Shown: piece by piece, positions 1 to 8,553 of the stretch
Layout: every line of letters starts with the position of its first letter
How positions within the stretch are numbered: the first letter of the stretch is position 1
Sequence record: OP380601.1
Strand: one strand, 5' to 3'
DNA: 64,000 nt
Notes under the pieces: generated by a model
The model's database searches: none
The model's input: the letters and a program-made list of their open reading frames with translations, nothing else
Told to the model about the DNA's origin: nothing
Position numbers and translations under genes: made by a program

Positions 1-4
1 ACCT

Positions 5-475
5 ATGAATGGCAGACGTATTAGGGGTGTTAACCCCAGTAAGCTAACTAAAATGAATCATCAGATTCAACTCATTAATGATGAGATTGCGAATAGTCAT
101 AGGGTATTAGAACAAGTCGATTATACGTTAGCACCCGGCGATTATCTTGGTGGTAGGATTGAAGATAACTACCACTACGAAACATGGAGAACTGTCGGGG
201 TTCTAAACCTAACTGACCATTTCCTTGTAAGGTATTTCCAACGGATAGAGAATATTCATATCCCAGAGATCCAGTTGATCCGGATGTATCCGAATTATCA
301 ACGATCAGATCGAGATATGTACTCAGTTTGGTATATGGAAAAGAATTGTATTTTGGATATTAATGCTAAAATCCGTATCCGAGAATTTGTTAAAAATCCG
401 CCCGAAGATGTACGAGTAGTTCGTAATCAAGATCGGGTAATCACAATCCTAACGGAGAATCAATATGACTATTAA
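5..475 (+). CDS. hypothetical protein with possible BECR/RelE-like RNase motif
   Basis: LTDHFLVRYFQR helix and C-terminal VRVVRNQDRVITI strands. Confidence 0.45.
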   Translation: MNGRRIRGVNPSKLTKMNHQIQLINDEIANSHRVLEQVDYTLAPGDYLGGRIEDNYHYETWRTVGVLNLTDHFLVRYFQRIENIHIPEIQLIRMYPNYQRSDRDMYSVWYMEKNCILDINAKIRIREFVKNPPEDVRVVRNQDRVITILTENQYDY

Positions 476-773
476 GTTTGATCGTGTACATTTGCTGGAA
501 AATATTTTTGTTGGAACCATTACATTTCTAGAAGTTCGTGGTGGTGTGGATTATTTCGGTAATGACACAATGCAAGAATATCTAGCAAAAGTTGCACATA
601 CAGTTTATTATGATGCGGTACGAGATGTTTTCTTTACCAAAGAAATATATGATGTGTTTGGTAGTAAACTAGACCTAATTAAGTTTTATCAGAAGAATGT
701 CGGGGAAGTTCGGTCTTATATTGACGAACAAAATAGTTTATTCTTTCATGACATTCAAGAATTGTGCAAATAG
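465..773 (+). CDS. hypothetical protein
   Basis: 102-aa ORF overlapping previous stop, followed by terminator. Confidence 0.7.
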   Translation: MTIKFDRVHLLENIFVGTITFLEVRGGVDYFGNDTMQEYLAKVAHTVYYDAVRDVFFTKEIYDVFGSKLDLIKFYQKNVGEVRSYIDEQNSLFFHDIQELCK

Positions 774-792
774 GGGCTAATCGCCCCTTTTA
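772..792 (+). terminator. intrinsic terminator
   Basis: AGGGGC-TAATC-GCCCCT followed by T run. Confidence 0.65.
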
Positions 793-807
793 ATTAAAAG
801 GTATTTT

Positions 808-1968
808 ATGATAGAGGATCGTTCATTTGACTATGTAATAATGAATCCGCCATATAACAAAAATCTACATCTCGATTTCTTTAACAAAGCGTTTGGAATG
901 TGTAGAGAGATTATTTGTATTCATCCATCCGCCCCAGCTTTCAATAGACGGCGGGTTAAGGAACAGAAGCGAGTAACTGAGTTCAAGAACATTATTAGAA
1001 CCAATATGACTTCCATGGAACTTATCGACGGAAATCTATATTTCTCTGCGGGTCTGTTCGTACCATTATCAATCACTCACACATTGAATGGTGTTCCGTT
1101 TGATGGTTATGTTGATGTATATGGACCTATGATTAATGGTCGAAATCGAATGAAGGTTGAAGAACTTAATTATTTTGGTACTCAGATAAATCCACTATAT
1201 GAAAGAATTCCGGTTGAACAAAATTTACTCAATAGTCAAAATGCAGAAGGTAACTATTTCGTAAACATTGGGCTAATCCGTGGGCACGTTCCGGTTGCAG
1301 GGGATCGGTTTAATGCAGATTTCTTTACAATGGTTCCTAAAGATTATCAGGTAGAAACTTCCCCAAATATGAAGTGGCACCATTACGGGTTTGATAGTAA
1401 GGAAGTAGCGGAAAAGTTCCTTGAATATGTGAAGTCGGATTATGCTCGGGTATTCTTGGCACTTTATAAAAACAATCAGCACCTCGATAGTGGTACTCTT
1501 GCAGCCGTACCGTATCCAGACCTCACCAAAGAGCTTCCAACGATGCGTGAGTGGATTTCCAAATATATGGGGGTCTTACCCTACTACGAATCAGAAAGTC
1601 GCGGTAGCTATCACTCAGGCTCTCACAAAGAGGATAAGAATCGGACTGCATCTGAATTTGATCTGGAACGTCAAAAATCGACCCACGAAGTTTTCACTCC
1701 GGAGGTTGTAACTGATATGTTACTTGATCGTATAACTAATTGGGATGGGTCTTTCATGGATCCTGCATGTGGTGATGGAAACATCCTATATCGAATCGCG
1801 GAACGTAGAATCGAGCAAGGTCATGATAAAGAAACAATCGCACATCAACTTTTTGGATTTGACATTGTTGAATCTAATGTGATAGCATGTCGAGAACGTT
1901 TGGTAACCCTATTGGGATATCCCGAAGTATTTGATGATCATATTATTTGTAAGGATTTTTTGAAATGA
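808..1968 (+). CDS. N6-adenine DNA methyltransferase, motif order permuted
   Basis: N-terminal FDYVIMNPPY (motif IV); C-terminal EVFTP (X), FMDPACGDGN (I), GFDIVESNV (II), ICKDFL (III). Confidence 0.85.
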   Translation: MIEDRSFDYVIMNPPYNKNLHLDFFNKAFGMCREIICIHPSAPAFNRRRVKEQKRVTEFKNIIRTNMTSMELIDGNLYFSAGLFVPLSITHTLNGVPFDGYVDVYGPMINGRNRMKVEELNYFGTQINPLYERIPVEQNLLNSQNAEGNYFVNIGLIRGHVPVAGDRFNADFFTMVPKDYQVETSPNMKWHHYGFDSKEVAEKFLEYVKSDYARVFLALYKNNQHLDSGTLAAVPYPDLTKELPTMREWISKYMGVLPYYESESRGSYHSGSHKEDKNRTASEFDLERQKSTHEVFTPEVVTDMLLDRITNWDGSFMDPACGDGNILYRIAERRIEQGHDKETIAHQLFGFDIVESNVIACRERLVTLLGYPEVFDDHIICKDFLK

Positions 1969-2126
1969 ACAACAAATGGTGGTGTTTTTTCGGTGTACAT
2001 GAATACGAAATATTCGATACACAATGGGTACGAGAGGACCATATGATTAGGGGTTGGAAATCATATCATCGTTTATATATTCGTTGTAAATGTTGTGGTA
2101 AAGTTAAATTTAAAAATATGGGGTAA
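1965..2126 (+). CDS. small Cys/His protein (DUF1660-like), 53 aa
   Basis: Translated by hand: MNNKWWCFFGVHEYEI...RCKCCGKVK; ATGA overlap with the MTase stop. Confidence 0.65.
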   Translation: MNNKWWCFFGVHEYEIFDTQWVREDHMIRGWKSYHRLYIRCKCCGKVKFKNMG

Positions 2127-2132
2127 TAACAA

Positions 2133-2426
2133 ATGTTGAAATTGTATCGTTTTTATTGGGATGCAGGTCGTAATGGTAGCGTCGAGGGTATTTTTGTAGA
2201 AGACTCAGAAGTAGTTGAAAAATATATCGGATCTTATGTGTATTTTGGTGAAATTCTTGGTAAACATTCCGAAGTAGATGGAACCCTTGATCGAGAAGAT
2301 CTTGAAATTGTCACCGATGACCAAGAAAAAATCCAATGGTTGGTTAGTTTGATGGGGTATTCTATTTCCGGATATAATCCTATATCATACATTCGGGAAG
2401 ATGATGAATCCGACGAGGAAGAATAA
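2133..2426 (+). CDS. hypothetical protein, acidic tail
   Basis: 97-aa ORF, coupled to next gene. Confidence 0.75.
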   Translation: MLKLYRFYWDAGRNGSVEGIFVEDSEVVEKYIGSYVYFGEILGKHSEVDGTLDREDLEIVTDDQEKIQWLVSLMGYSISGYNPISYIREDDESDEEE

Positions 2427-2818
2427 TGATTGAAATCATTAAAACGATATTTTTACTTCTGGTATTTTATCAAATAAAACATTATTTGGCTGACTACTTA
2501 CTTCAAGGTAAGTATATGCTGGGGAAATTTAAAGAGAAAGGTTGGGAAATTCCTCTAGCGGCTCATTGTGGGGTTCATGCCGTCATGACGATGTTTATTG
2601 CTGTCATCATGGGTATGGGCTTCTGGGTTGTCGTTGCAGTTACATTTTTTGACTTTGTTTCTCATTTCATAATTGATAAAATCAAAGTTGAATTAAGTAG
2701 AGGACACACACCACAAACTGCGGCATTCTGGTATCATCTTGGGTTAGATCAAATGGCTCATCACTTAGTTCATTATAATATTATCTTTTTTATTGTAATG
2801 AGGATGTTTGGATTATGA
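2426..2818 (+). CDS. DUF3307-like membrane protein
   Basis: HYLADYLLQ, AHCGVH, HFIID, GLDQMAHH motifs in hydrophobic helices. Confidence 0.8.
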   Translation: MIEIIKTIFLLLVFYQIKHYLADYLLQGKYMLGKFKEKGWEIPLAAHCGVHAVMTMFIAVIMGMGFWVVVAVTFFDFVSHFIIDKIKVELSRGHTPQTAAFWYHLGLDQMAHHLVHYNIIFFIVMRMFGL

Positions 2819-2940
2819 TCGATGATGTGGAGTTGATTAAGGATATAGAGTATTTCATCTATAAAAGCGATCTAGTTCGTGCATCCAAACTAATTAATCT
2901 ATATATGTTGAAAAAATATGTTGAAATGATAAATCGTTAG
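2815..2940 (+). CDS. small hypothetical protein, 41 aa
   Basis: Hand-translated, ATGA overlap. Confidence 0.45.
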   Translation: MIDDVELIKDIEYFIYKSDLVRASKLINLYMLKKYVEMINR

Positions 2941-2947
2941 TGTATAC
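2920..2947 (+). promoter_or_regulatory. early promoter
   Basis: TTGAAA-16-TATACT; TCGTTAGT/ACTAACGA inverted repeat around -10. Confidence 0.55.
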
Positions 2948-2979
2948 TACTCATATCAACTAACGAGAGGGAAGAAATT

Positions 2980-3120
2980 ATGGTAATCGCACTTGGATTT
3001 GTTGCTGGTGTTTGTTTCGTTCAGTCTGTACGAGCTACCCGCGCAGCATATCAAAAGGCATTCACCACTGGTTATGTAATAGCCGGTATTTCTTCCCTTT
3101 ATTGTTTTGCTATTTCATAA
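2980..3120 (+). CDS. small membrane protein, 46 aa
   Basis: GAGG SD; hydrophobic MVIALGFVAGVCFV... Confidence 0.6.
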   Translation: MVIALGFVAGVCFVQSVRATRAAYQKAFTTGYVIAGISSLYCFAIS

Positions 3121-3129
3121 GGGGATACT

Positions 3130-3267
3130 ATGAGTTCTTCATTGTTTTTATATGGATTTGTTATGGGTATTTTGTCACAATTTGTACCAACAATGAAAAT
3201 GAAAATTGGTGTGTATTCAATCCTAGTGATATCGATCATATTGGCAGAAATATATCTTCCTAAATAA
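3130..3267 (+). CDS. small membrane protein, 45 aa
   Basis: GGGG SD; two hydrophobic segments. Confidence 0.55.
   Translation: MSSSLFLYGFVMGILSQFVPTMKMKIGVYSILVISIILAEIYLPK
3259..3266 (+). promoter_or_regulatory. late promoter (CCTAAATA variant)
   Basis: Same octamer precedes five minus-strand late-type genes. Confidence 0.6.
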
Positions 3268-3296
3268 AGGGTAAGACTCACCTTAAGGAAAATAAT

Positions 3297-4214
3297 ATGT
3301 TAGAAAATAAACATTTCTTTTCTCGACTATTGAAAATCGAGGAAAGTTCGGCGGAAAGTCGAAATCGCAAAGTCGAATTATCTAAAGACCAAGAGTTTAC
3401 CCTGAGTAAACAATCAAAATTACCCGTGACTATGCGGGTAGGTCCATTTAAAGTTCAAGCTTCTATCCACGCCCAAGCTCGGGCACATCAACGTGCTGGC
3501 GATAAATCCGCCGAAGAGTGGAAAGAGTTTGCCCGTAAGATTGTGAAGCATACAGAAACCAACAAGATTAAAGGTGGAACTTATATGTTTCACTCACAAT
3601 CTGAAAACCGTTCAGTTGTTGCTAGTGTAAAAGGTCGAGAAATTAACATCGTAACCGTATTCCCTAAAGGTACTGGCGGAAAGATCTCTCATAAACAACT
3701 GGCGGCTGGTCAGAAAAGCGCCTTAATGGAATCTTTGCTTGAATCTCTTATGATCCATCCAGATTTTAAAGGAATGATGGATGAGGCTAAACAATTACTT
3801 GACCATGATGTAGATTCTGTTATAATCTTTGATATTGAAGAGAAATTGATGGAAGAAGTTATGATCAATGAGAATATGAGTGGCGCAATTGAATATGTAG
3901 ATACTCCGGTTGGCGAAAGGGAGACTCGTTCGATTGCGCAATTTGCACAATTGGTCACAAAAGATAATAAGTCATTTCCTCTTATGATTCCGGATCGTCA
4001 TGATACTAGTTATTTTGGTGATGGGGTTGCTAGAGTTGATATGTCAGGTGGCGGTCGGTTTGGTGGTCAGAAAACATTTGTTGTTAAATTAGATCTTAAA
4101 AAAGGAACCGTATCATTTCCCGATAATGATAGCGATGATGATAAGGATTTCGAAAAACCAGTAAAGTTTAAGAAAGTAATCGTATTCGATAAAGTTGCTG
4201 CCAAAAGATTCTAA
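3297..4214 (+). CDS. putative internal head protein with BECR-like RNase domain
   Basis: Late promoter; N-terminus FFSRLLKIEE; SIHAQARAHQR...NIVTVFP motif. Confidence 0.5.
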   Translation: MLENKHFFSRLLKIEESSAESRNRKVELSKDQEFTLSKQSKLPVTMRVGPFKVQASIHAQARAHQRAGDKSAEEWKEFARKIVKHTETNKIKGGTYMFHSQSENRSVVASVKGREINIVTVFPKGTGGKISHKQLAAGQKSALMESLLESLMIHPDFKGMMDEAKQLLDHDVDSVIIFDIEEKLMEEVMINENMSGAIEYVDTPVGERETRSIAQFAQLVTKDNKSFPLMIPDRHDTSYFGDGVARVDMSGGGRFGGQKTFVVKLDLKKGTVSFPDNDSDDDKDFEKPVKFKKVIVFDKVAAKRF

Positions 4215-4228
4215 TAAGGAAAAATGAA

Positions 4229-4501
4229 ATGAAAAAATTTAACGAGTTAAACGAAAGGTTGGAAGTATCCATGCTGAGTGAATCAAAAGACTTGATCAAT
4301 AAAGCATTCAAAGATTCTATTGCCGAATTTTTCAATACTTGGATTGAAAAACACGAACTCAAGTTTGGTTCTTTCGATGCTAAGGCTAAATGGTCTGGTG
4401 AGCAACTGACCAAGAAGACTACAATCGGTAAAGCCGCCGTCATGTTTGCTATGTCAAATAACAAAGATGTTGTTGATGCAGTAATGAAAGCGAGAGGTTA
4501 A
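4229..4501 (+). CDS. putative internal head protein
   Basis: MKKFNELNERLE..MLSE resembles T4 capsid-targeting sequence. Confidence 0.55.
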   Translation: MKKFNELNERLEVSMLSESKDLINKAFKDSIAEFFNTWIEKHELKFGSFDAKAKWSGEQLTKKTTIGKAAVMFAMSNNKDVVDAVMKARG

Positions 4502-4503
4502 AA

Positions 4504-4836
4504 ATGTTAGATAACAGTAAATTTTTCCAGCGCATTGACGAGGCTCAGGTTTTGAAGACCTCAAAAGACTATAACCGTATTGTCAATCAATATATTTCTA
4601 TGTTGAGTGCGGTTCAAGCACGTATGACCACTAGCGGGATCCGTGATGCCAAGAAGTATTATGAGGTTCAACAACACGAATGGAAACGTTGGGTTAAAGA
4701 AAACGTAGACTTGACAAAAACAAACATCAGCCCAATAGAAACATTCGGGCAGATTAAGTTTAGTCGTTCTAAAGAAGATACACAAAAGAACTTCAATACC
4801 GCTTTCGATAAGCTGAACGGTATGATGAAGAAATAA
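4504..4836 (+). CDS. putative internal head protein
   Basis: MLDNSKFFQRIDE/A, gp21-type I-x-E cleavage motif. Confidence 0.5.
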   Translation: MLDNSKFFQRIDEAQVLKTSKDYNRIVNQYISMLSAVQARMTTSGIRDAKKYYEVQQHEWKRWVKENVDLTKTNISPIETFGQIKFSRSKEDTQKNFNTAFDKLNGMMKK

Positions 4837-4839
4837 TCT

Positions 4840-4889
4840 ATGGGATCAGGCAAAATAATGCTTGATCCCATTTTTGTTTCTGATATGAT
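4840..4889 (+). terminator. terminator fused to early promoter
   Basis: ATGGGATCAGG/CTTGATCCCAT stem + TTTTGTTT; TTGATC-16-TATGAT starts in 3' arm. Confidence 0.75.
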
Positions 4890-4914
4890 GGTGTCTATGA
4901 CGAAGGAGAAAGTT

Positions 4915-5205
4915 ATGAAAATCCAATTTATCAATGAAGACGTTCGGAAAGTTTTGGAAACTCACGGTAAATCCCTAGCTGGCCGAAACGAATGGCTTAT
5001 CGATCTCCCAAAAAGTTCAAACTTTATAATCATACACATGTCCGGTAATCCCCTTCGTGAAATAGATAATGCAGAAGTGGTTAGCTGGTCACTCAATGGT
5101 CGGGATGTTTATGAAGTGATTAAGGAGATCCACCAAGACGATTATCGTCAGACTTACATGGATATGCTCCATGTTATGATCAGCCCAATGTTGGAGCGAG
5201 TATAA
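4915..5205 (+). CDS. hypothetical protein
   Basis: AAGGAG SD before ATG 4915. Confidence 0.75.
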   Translation: MKIQFINEDVRKVLETHGKSLAGRNEWLIDLPKSSNFIIIHMSGNPLREIDNAEVVSWSLNGRDVYEVIKEIHQDDYRQTYMDMLHVMISPMLERV

Positions 5206-5417
5206 TGAATATTTCTGTTCTACTTGTTATTGCAAAATGTATGATTCATGGTGTATCATCTGGAAATACAGGAAAATATAAATGGGTTGGTACATTGTCA
5301 ATAACCAGTCGTGGTCTTGTTATCAACTACTGTATGGGTAGTAAGTGGAAAACTATGATGGTTACTAATTTGGGCCTTTACAAAAATATCAAATCCGGAA
5401 TATGGGTTATCTCATGA
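5205..5417 (+). CDS. hypothetical protein
   Basis: Coupled ORF. Confidence 0.6.
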   Translation: MNISVLLVIAKCMIHGVSSGNTGKYKWVGTLSITSRGLVINYCMGSKWKTMMVTNLGLYKNIKSGIWVIS

Positions 5418-5623
5418 AATACGAATTTATCCAATTGATGTTAAGAAAAGAATACATCCAACGGGGTGTAAGAGTTGATGCAATTCAAGAGATCCTAAAT
5501 TCTCCGACAATTATTCCAGATAATATTAGACAAGCGTATCTGGAAGAGGTAGAATTTCTTCAGGGTGAAATGGCGGCATTGGTTGATGTAAATGTTAATA
5601 TTGACATACACTTTAAGGAGTAA
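5414..5623 (+). CDS. hypothetical protein
   Basis: ATGA-coupled ORF. Confidence 0.65.
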   Translation: MKYEFIQLMLRKEYIQRGVRVDAIQEILNSPTIIPDNIRQAYLEEVEFLQGEMAALVDVNVNIDIHFKE

Positions 5624-5628
5624 TAATT

Positions 5629-5988
5629 ATGATCTCTCGTTTTAATTATGACCGAAATAATGGTGTGGATAAACTAATTAACAAAGCAAAGAAAGCAATT
5701 CGTAAAGTTCAAGAAAATAACTTTTATCGGGCGGTCGAGTCAATAGAAAAAGTTCACAAATCTACAATTGCACAATCACTGAAGTTAATCAGGAAAGAAC
5801 ATCTATCAGATATAGAAGTTTCAGTAATCAATATTGAGAAGGGTGTTCCTCGGGTTGAATATAATTTTAAAATTAATGGTGAAAATGTATTGTCCATGAT
5901 ATTTCATGGGTCCGAACGTGGTGTAGTCTATGTTAATGCGGTAGTTGGCTATAATTCTGTAATATCTGCTATAAAGGAAAATGAATAG
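5629..5988 (+). CDS. hypothetical protein
   Basis: AAGGAG SD. Confidence 0.75.
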   Translation: MISRFNYDRNNGVDKLINKAKKAIRKVQENNFYRAVESIEKVHKSTIAQSLKLIRKEHLSDIEVSVINIEKGVPRVEYNFKINGENVLSMIFHGSERGVVYVNAVVGYNSVISAIKENE

Positions 5989-6217
5989 TATGAAAAGTTA
6001 TATTAAAATTTGGTGCGAGTATGACATTTGTGGCCCATTCGGTGGAAACAACAATGAACAAGTTTTGGTTATTGATCACGATGAACATATTGTAGATCGT
6101 GAAGCTATAAATGAGATCGTAGAAAAATACGTTATTGATATGTCGGGTTGTAGTAAAGAAGAAATCGACGGATTGTGGACTTGGAGTTTTATTGGGGTGA
6201 TGGAGATCCAACTGTGA
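5981..6217 (+). CDS. hypothetical protein
   Basis: AAGGA SD, coupled. Confidence 0.7.
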   Translation: MNSMKSYIKIWCEYDICGPFGGNNNEQVLVIDHDEHIVDREAINEIVEKYVIDMSGCSKEEIDGLWTWSFIGVMEIQL

Positions 6218-6219
6218 AT

Positions 6220-6789
6220 ATGAATAATCTATATCGTAAAAAGCCGGTAGTCGTTGAGGCCATCCAATGGAACTCCCCAGATATAAACGGACGACCTATG
6301 TTGGCTCGATATTGTAATCATCATCCAATGGTACGACCTACCGATTATATGGAGATCTTTGATCTTCTGGGTACGTCTGGATGTAGTTCTGACGAAAAAA
6401 TGTGGACTTGGGAAGTGATGGGAGTTATTGATACTCTGGAAGGTAAGCACGTAGTAACACCCGGCGACTTTATTGTTAAAGGTGTTAACGGAGAATACTA
6501 CCCATGTAAACCTGATATTTTTTGGAAAACTTACGAAAAAGTTAATATGTTGGAAGATAATGATATGAAAAATTATGTACAATTCGTTTACAGTCAAGAA
6601 GGTATTGACGAACTTAAAACCTTTGCGGGTGATGCAATAGACGGGTTCCGAAAATATCGGAGTCCAAATGCTATTGGTATGTGTTTGCTCAACGGAAATC
6701 TTGTTGTCGAAAGTGATTATGTTGTCAAGACCGACAATGGGTTTATTGCCGTTAATGAGAAAGAAGCTAAACGTCTCGGATACGTATGA
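6220..6789 (+). CDS. conserved phage protein (RKKPVVVEA / YPCKPDIF family) with degenerate second repeat
   Basis: RKKPVVVEAIQW, IDTLEG, PGDFIVKGVNGEYYPCKPDIFWKTYE. Confidence 0.75.
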   Translation: MNNLYRKKPVVVEAIQWNSPDINGRPMLARYCNHHPMVRPTDYMEIFDLLGTSGCSSDEKMWTWEVMGVIDTLEGKHVVTPGDFIVKGVNGEYYPCKPDIFWKTYEKVNMLEDNDMKNYVQFVYSQEGIDELKTFAGDAIDGFRKYRSPNAIGMCLLNGNLVVESDYVVKTDNGFIAVNEKEAKRLGYV

Positions 6790-6926
6790 AATATATTTTG
6801 CTTGGGTGTTTACTTGGCGGTTTAGCTATAGTATGCTCTGATGTGTTTCATACACAAGACTTACAAGATTCGGTCGATGGGCTGAATCTTGTTTACAAAA
6901 AACTAGCAGAGGTTGTATATGAGTAA
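6786..6926 (+). CDS. small protein with N-terminal hydrophobic segment, 46 aa
   Basis: Hand-translated, fills gap with overlaps at both ends. Confidence 0.5.
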   Translation: MKYILLGCLLGGLAIVCSDVFHTQDLQDSVDGLNLVYKKLAEVVYE

Positions 6927-7671
6927 AGTAAAAACATACCATTGGAAGGACTACAATTCCAAAGTTGAATGGATAGGTAAGATAAACAAAATTTTCGGTG
7001 ATGATGGTGCAGAATATGAATTAGCAAACAAGCTAATTTTTGAGAAAGATCTGGTTTGTGTTTTCAATGAAAAATGGCCTAATGACGTAGATATTGTCAA
7101 CGGAAAGTCTGTCTTCGGTCTTCTAATATTCGTTGAGGATGACATTAATAATTTTTTGGTTGAAGTTGGTACTGAACAAAAAACCGAGAACGTGGAAACT
7201 TGGTATAAGTGGAAAAATTCAGACAGTCCCGTATTGTGGAAAGAACGTGTCTTCTACGCATTTCAACGTAATTGGAATAATGACGCCCTAAGCGAACTAG
7301 AAAACGTCATCGACCAAATCCATAAAAAAGTAAGTTTTATTGCCGGTGGGGCATTTACAAATGATAAATCTATTTTCACTGCGGATGGACTTGGTTTCAA
7401 AAATCAAATTCTGTTCCTACCACATGAGGTAGAAGAATATTTGGTCGAGGTTGGTAGCCAAGTTGACCAACAACAAGTAAAACAAGTTGACACTATGCCA
7501 GAATCTGGTATCTTTACTGCTGTATGGATCGAAGATGGATTTTTAAAATCAGAAGATTTCTTTTCTGATGGAGTTTATGTAAAGCTCCAACGTGTGGATG
7601 TGGTAAGGATCCGTAGGGAAGAACTCCTGAAAAGTCTTCCATCAAATACAATTTATATGGTTATTGAATAA
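6919..7671 (+). CDS. GoF/ComC-alpha-like repeat protein
   Basis: Two similar units (YHWKDYNSK..FLVEVG; YKWKNSDSP..YLVEVG). Confidence 0.5.
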   Translation: MSKVKTYHWKDYNSKVEWIGKINKIFGDDGAEYELANKLIFEKDLVCVFNEKWPNDVDIVNGKSVFGLLIFVEDDINNFLVEVGTEQKTENVETWYKWKNSDSPVLWKERVFYAFQRNWNNDALSELENVIDQIHKKVSFIAGGAFTNDKSIFTADGLGFKNQILFLPHEVEEYLVEVGSQVDQQQVKQVDTMPESGIFTAVWIEDGFLKSEDFFSDGVYVKLQRVDVVRIRREELLKSLPSNTIYMVIE

Positions 7672-7686
7672 CTCGGAGAATGAAAA

Positions 7687-7956
7687 ATGAAATTTCGATT
7701 TAAATCAGAAGAATCTTTTAATCAATTTATGAACACCCTTGAGCAAGAAAAGGCAGTGTTTTCTAATTATCCAGAAAGCACTAATAATACTCAGACGGTT
7801 ATCGACTTGTTTAGTGATATTCGTATGAACGTATTTGAAGCAGAATTGTTGGGGTCTGATATGATTGGGGTAAATGATGAATTTCCTTTCGATGACAACG
7901 ACAGCTTAGTAATGTTTTCAGATGAAATCGAAGAATATCTCGATATCGTCGATTAA
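7687..7956 (+). CDS. GoF/ComC-alpha-like domain protein
   Basis: MKFRFKSEESFNQF...DEIEEYLDIVD. Confidence 0.55.
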   Translation: MKFRFKSEESFNQFMNTLEQEKAVFSNYPESTNNTQTVIDLFSDIRMNVFEAELLGSDMIGVNDEFPFDDNDSLVMFSDEIEEYLDIVD

Positions 7957-7975
7957 ACCACTCTGTATGGACGTA

Positions 7976-8032
7976 TAAGAGACTTTGTAACCTACTCTAT
8001 AACTTTGTATAGGTTAAGTGTAAAGTCTCTTA
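7976..8032. repeat. nested inverted repeat
   Basis: TAAGAGACTTT/AAAGTCTCTTA (11 bp) enclosing TAACCTA/TAGGTTA (7 bp). Confidence 0.8.
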
Positions 8033-8048
8033 AAACGCTTTGTATGAG

Positions 8049-8114
8049 TTAGTTTCAAATGCAATCAAAGTATAAAGTTCTATAATATATTAATAGAAAC
8101 TTTATAATTAGAAA
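8049..8114 (+). repeat. 66-bp AT-rich palindromic element, copy 1
   Basis: 63/66 identical to 47133-47198. Confidence 0.9.
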
Positions 8115-8169
8115 ATTCGAGCTTGCGAGACGGCGAAGCCGTTACTCACTACGTTCGTAAAGAGGTTCT

Positions 8170-8553
8170 ATGTTAGAATGGTTTAAGAAAAAAGATATAC
8201 TGAGATTTTATATTGATTTGTCATATATTGATGGGTTGGGTTGTAAGGTTTTTGTCCATAGTGCGATTTTGTCAATAGAAATTGATAAGAGTTGCGACCT
8301 TAATAAGGTTAAGGAACTTATCGATATCAAGGCTAAGTGGTTTGCTCAGAACAATATCGTTTTCCAGAAAACTCTAAATGATAAATTGGTTATTCCACGT
8401 AGGGGCTTCGCTCAATTCTCTAGCGATAAGGTAGATCTCGTAAATTCTAATCGTAAATTTTGGAGTTATGAAGCGTATGATTTCTTCAGTGCTAAAACCA
8501 CATGGGGTATAGACTTACAAAATAAAATAAATGAGGCAATTAGAAATGGCTAA
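8170..8553 (+). CDS. hypothetical protein
   Basis: GAGG SD, 127 aa. Confidence 0.75.
   Translation: MLEWFKKKDILRFYIDLSYIDGLGCKVFVHSAILSIEIDKSCDLNKVKELIDIKAKWFAQNNIVFQKTLNDKLVIPRRGFAQFSSDKVDLVNSNRKFWSYEAYDFFSAKTTWGIDLQNKINEAIRNG

Noticed and set aside
3012-3263. 83-aa ORF from the track
   Set aside because: Two shorter ORFs in other frames (2980-3120, 3130-3267) have proper SD sites and membrane-protein character.
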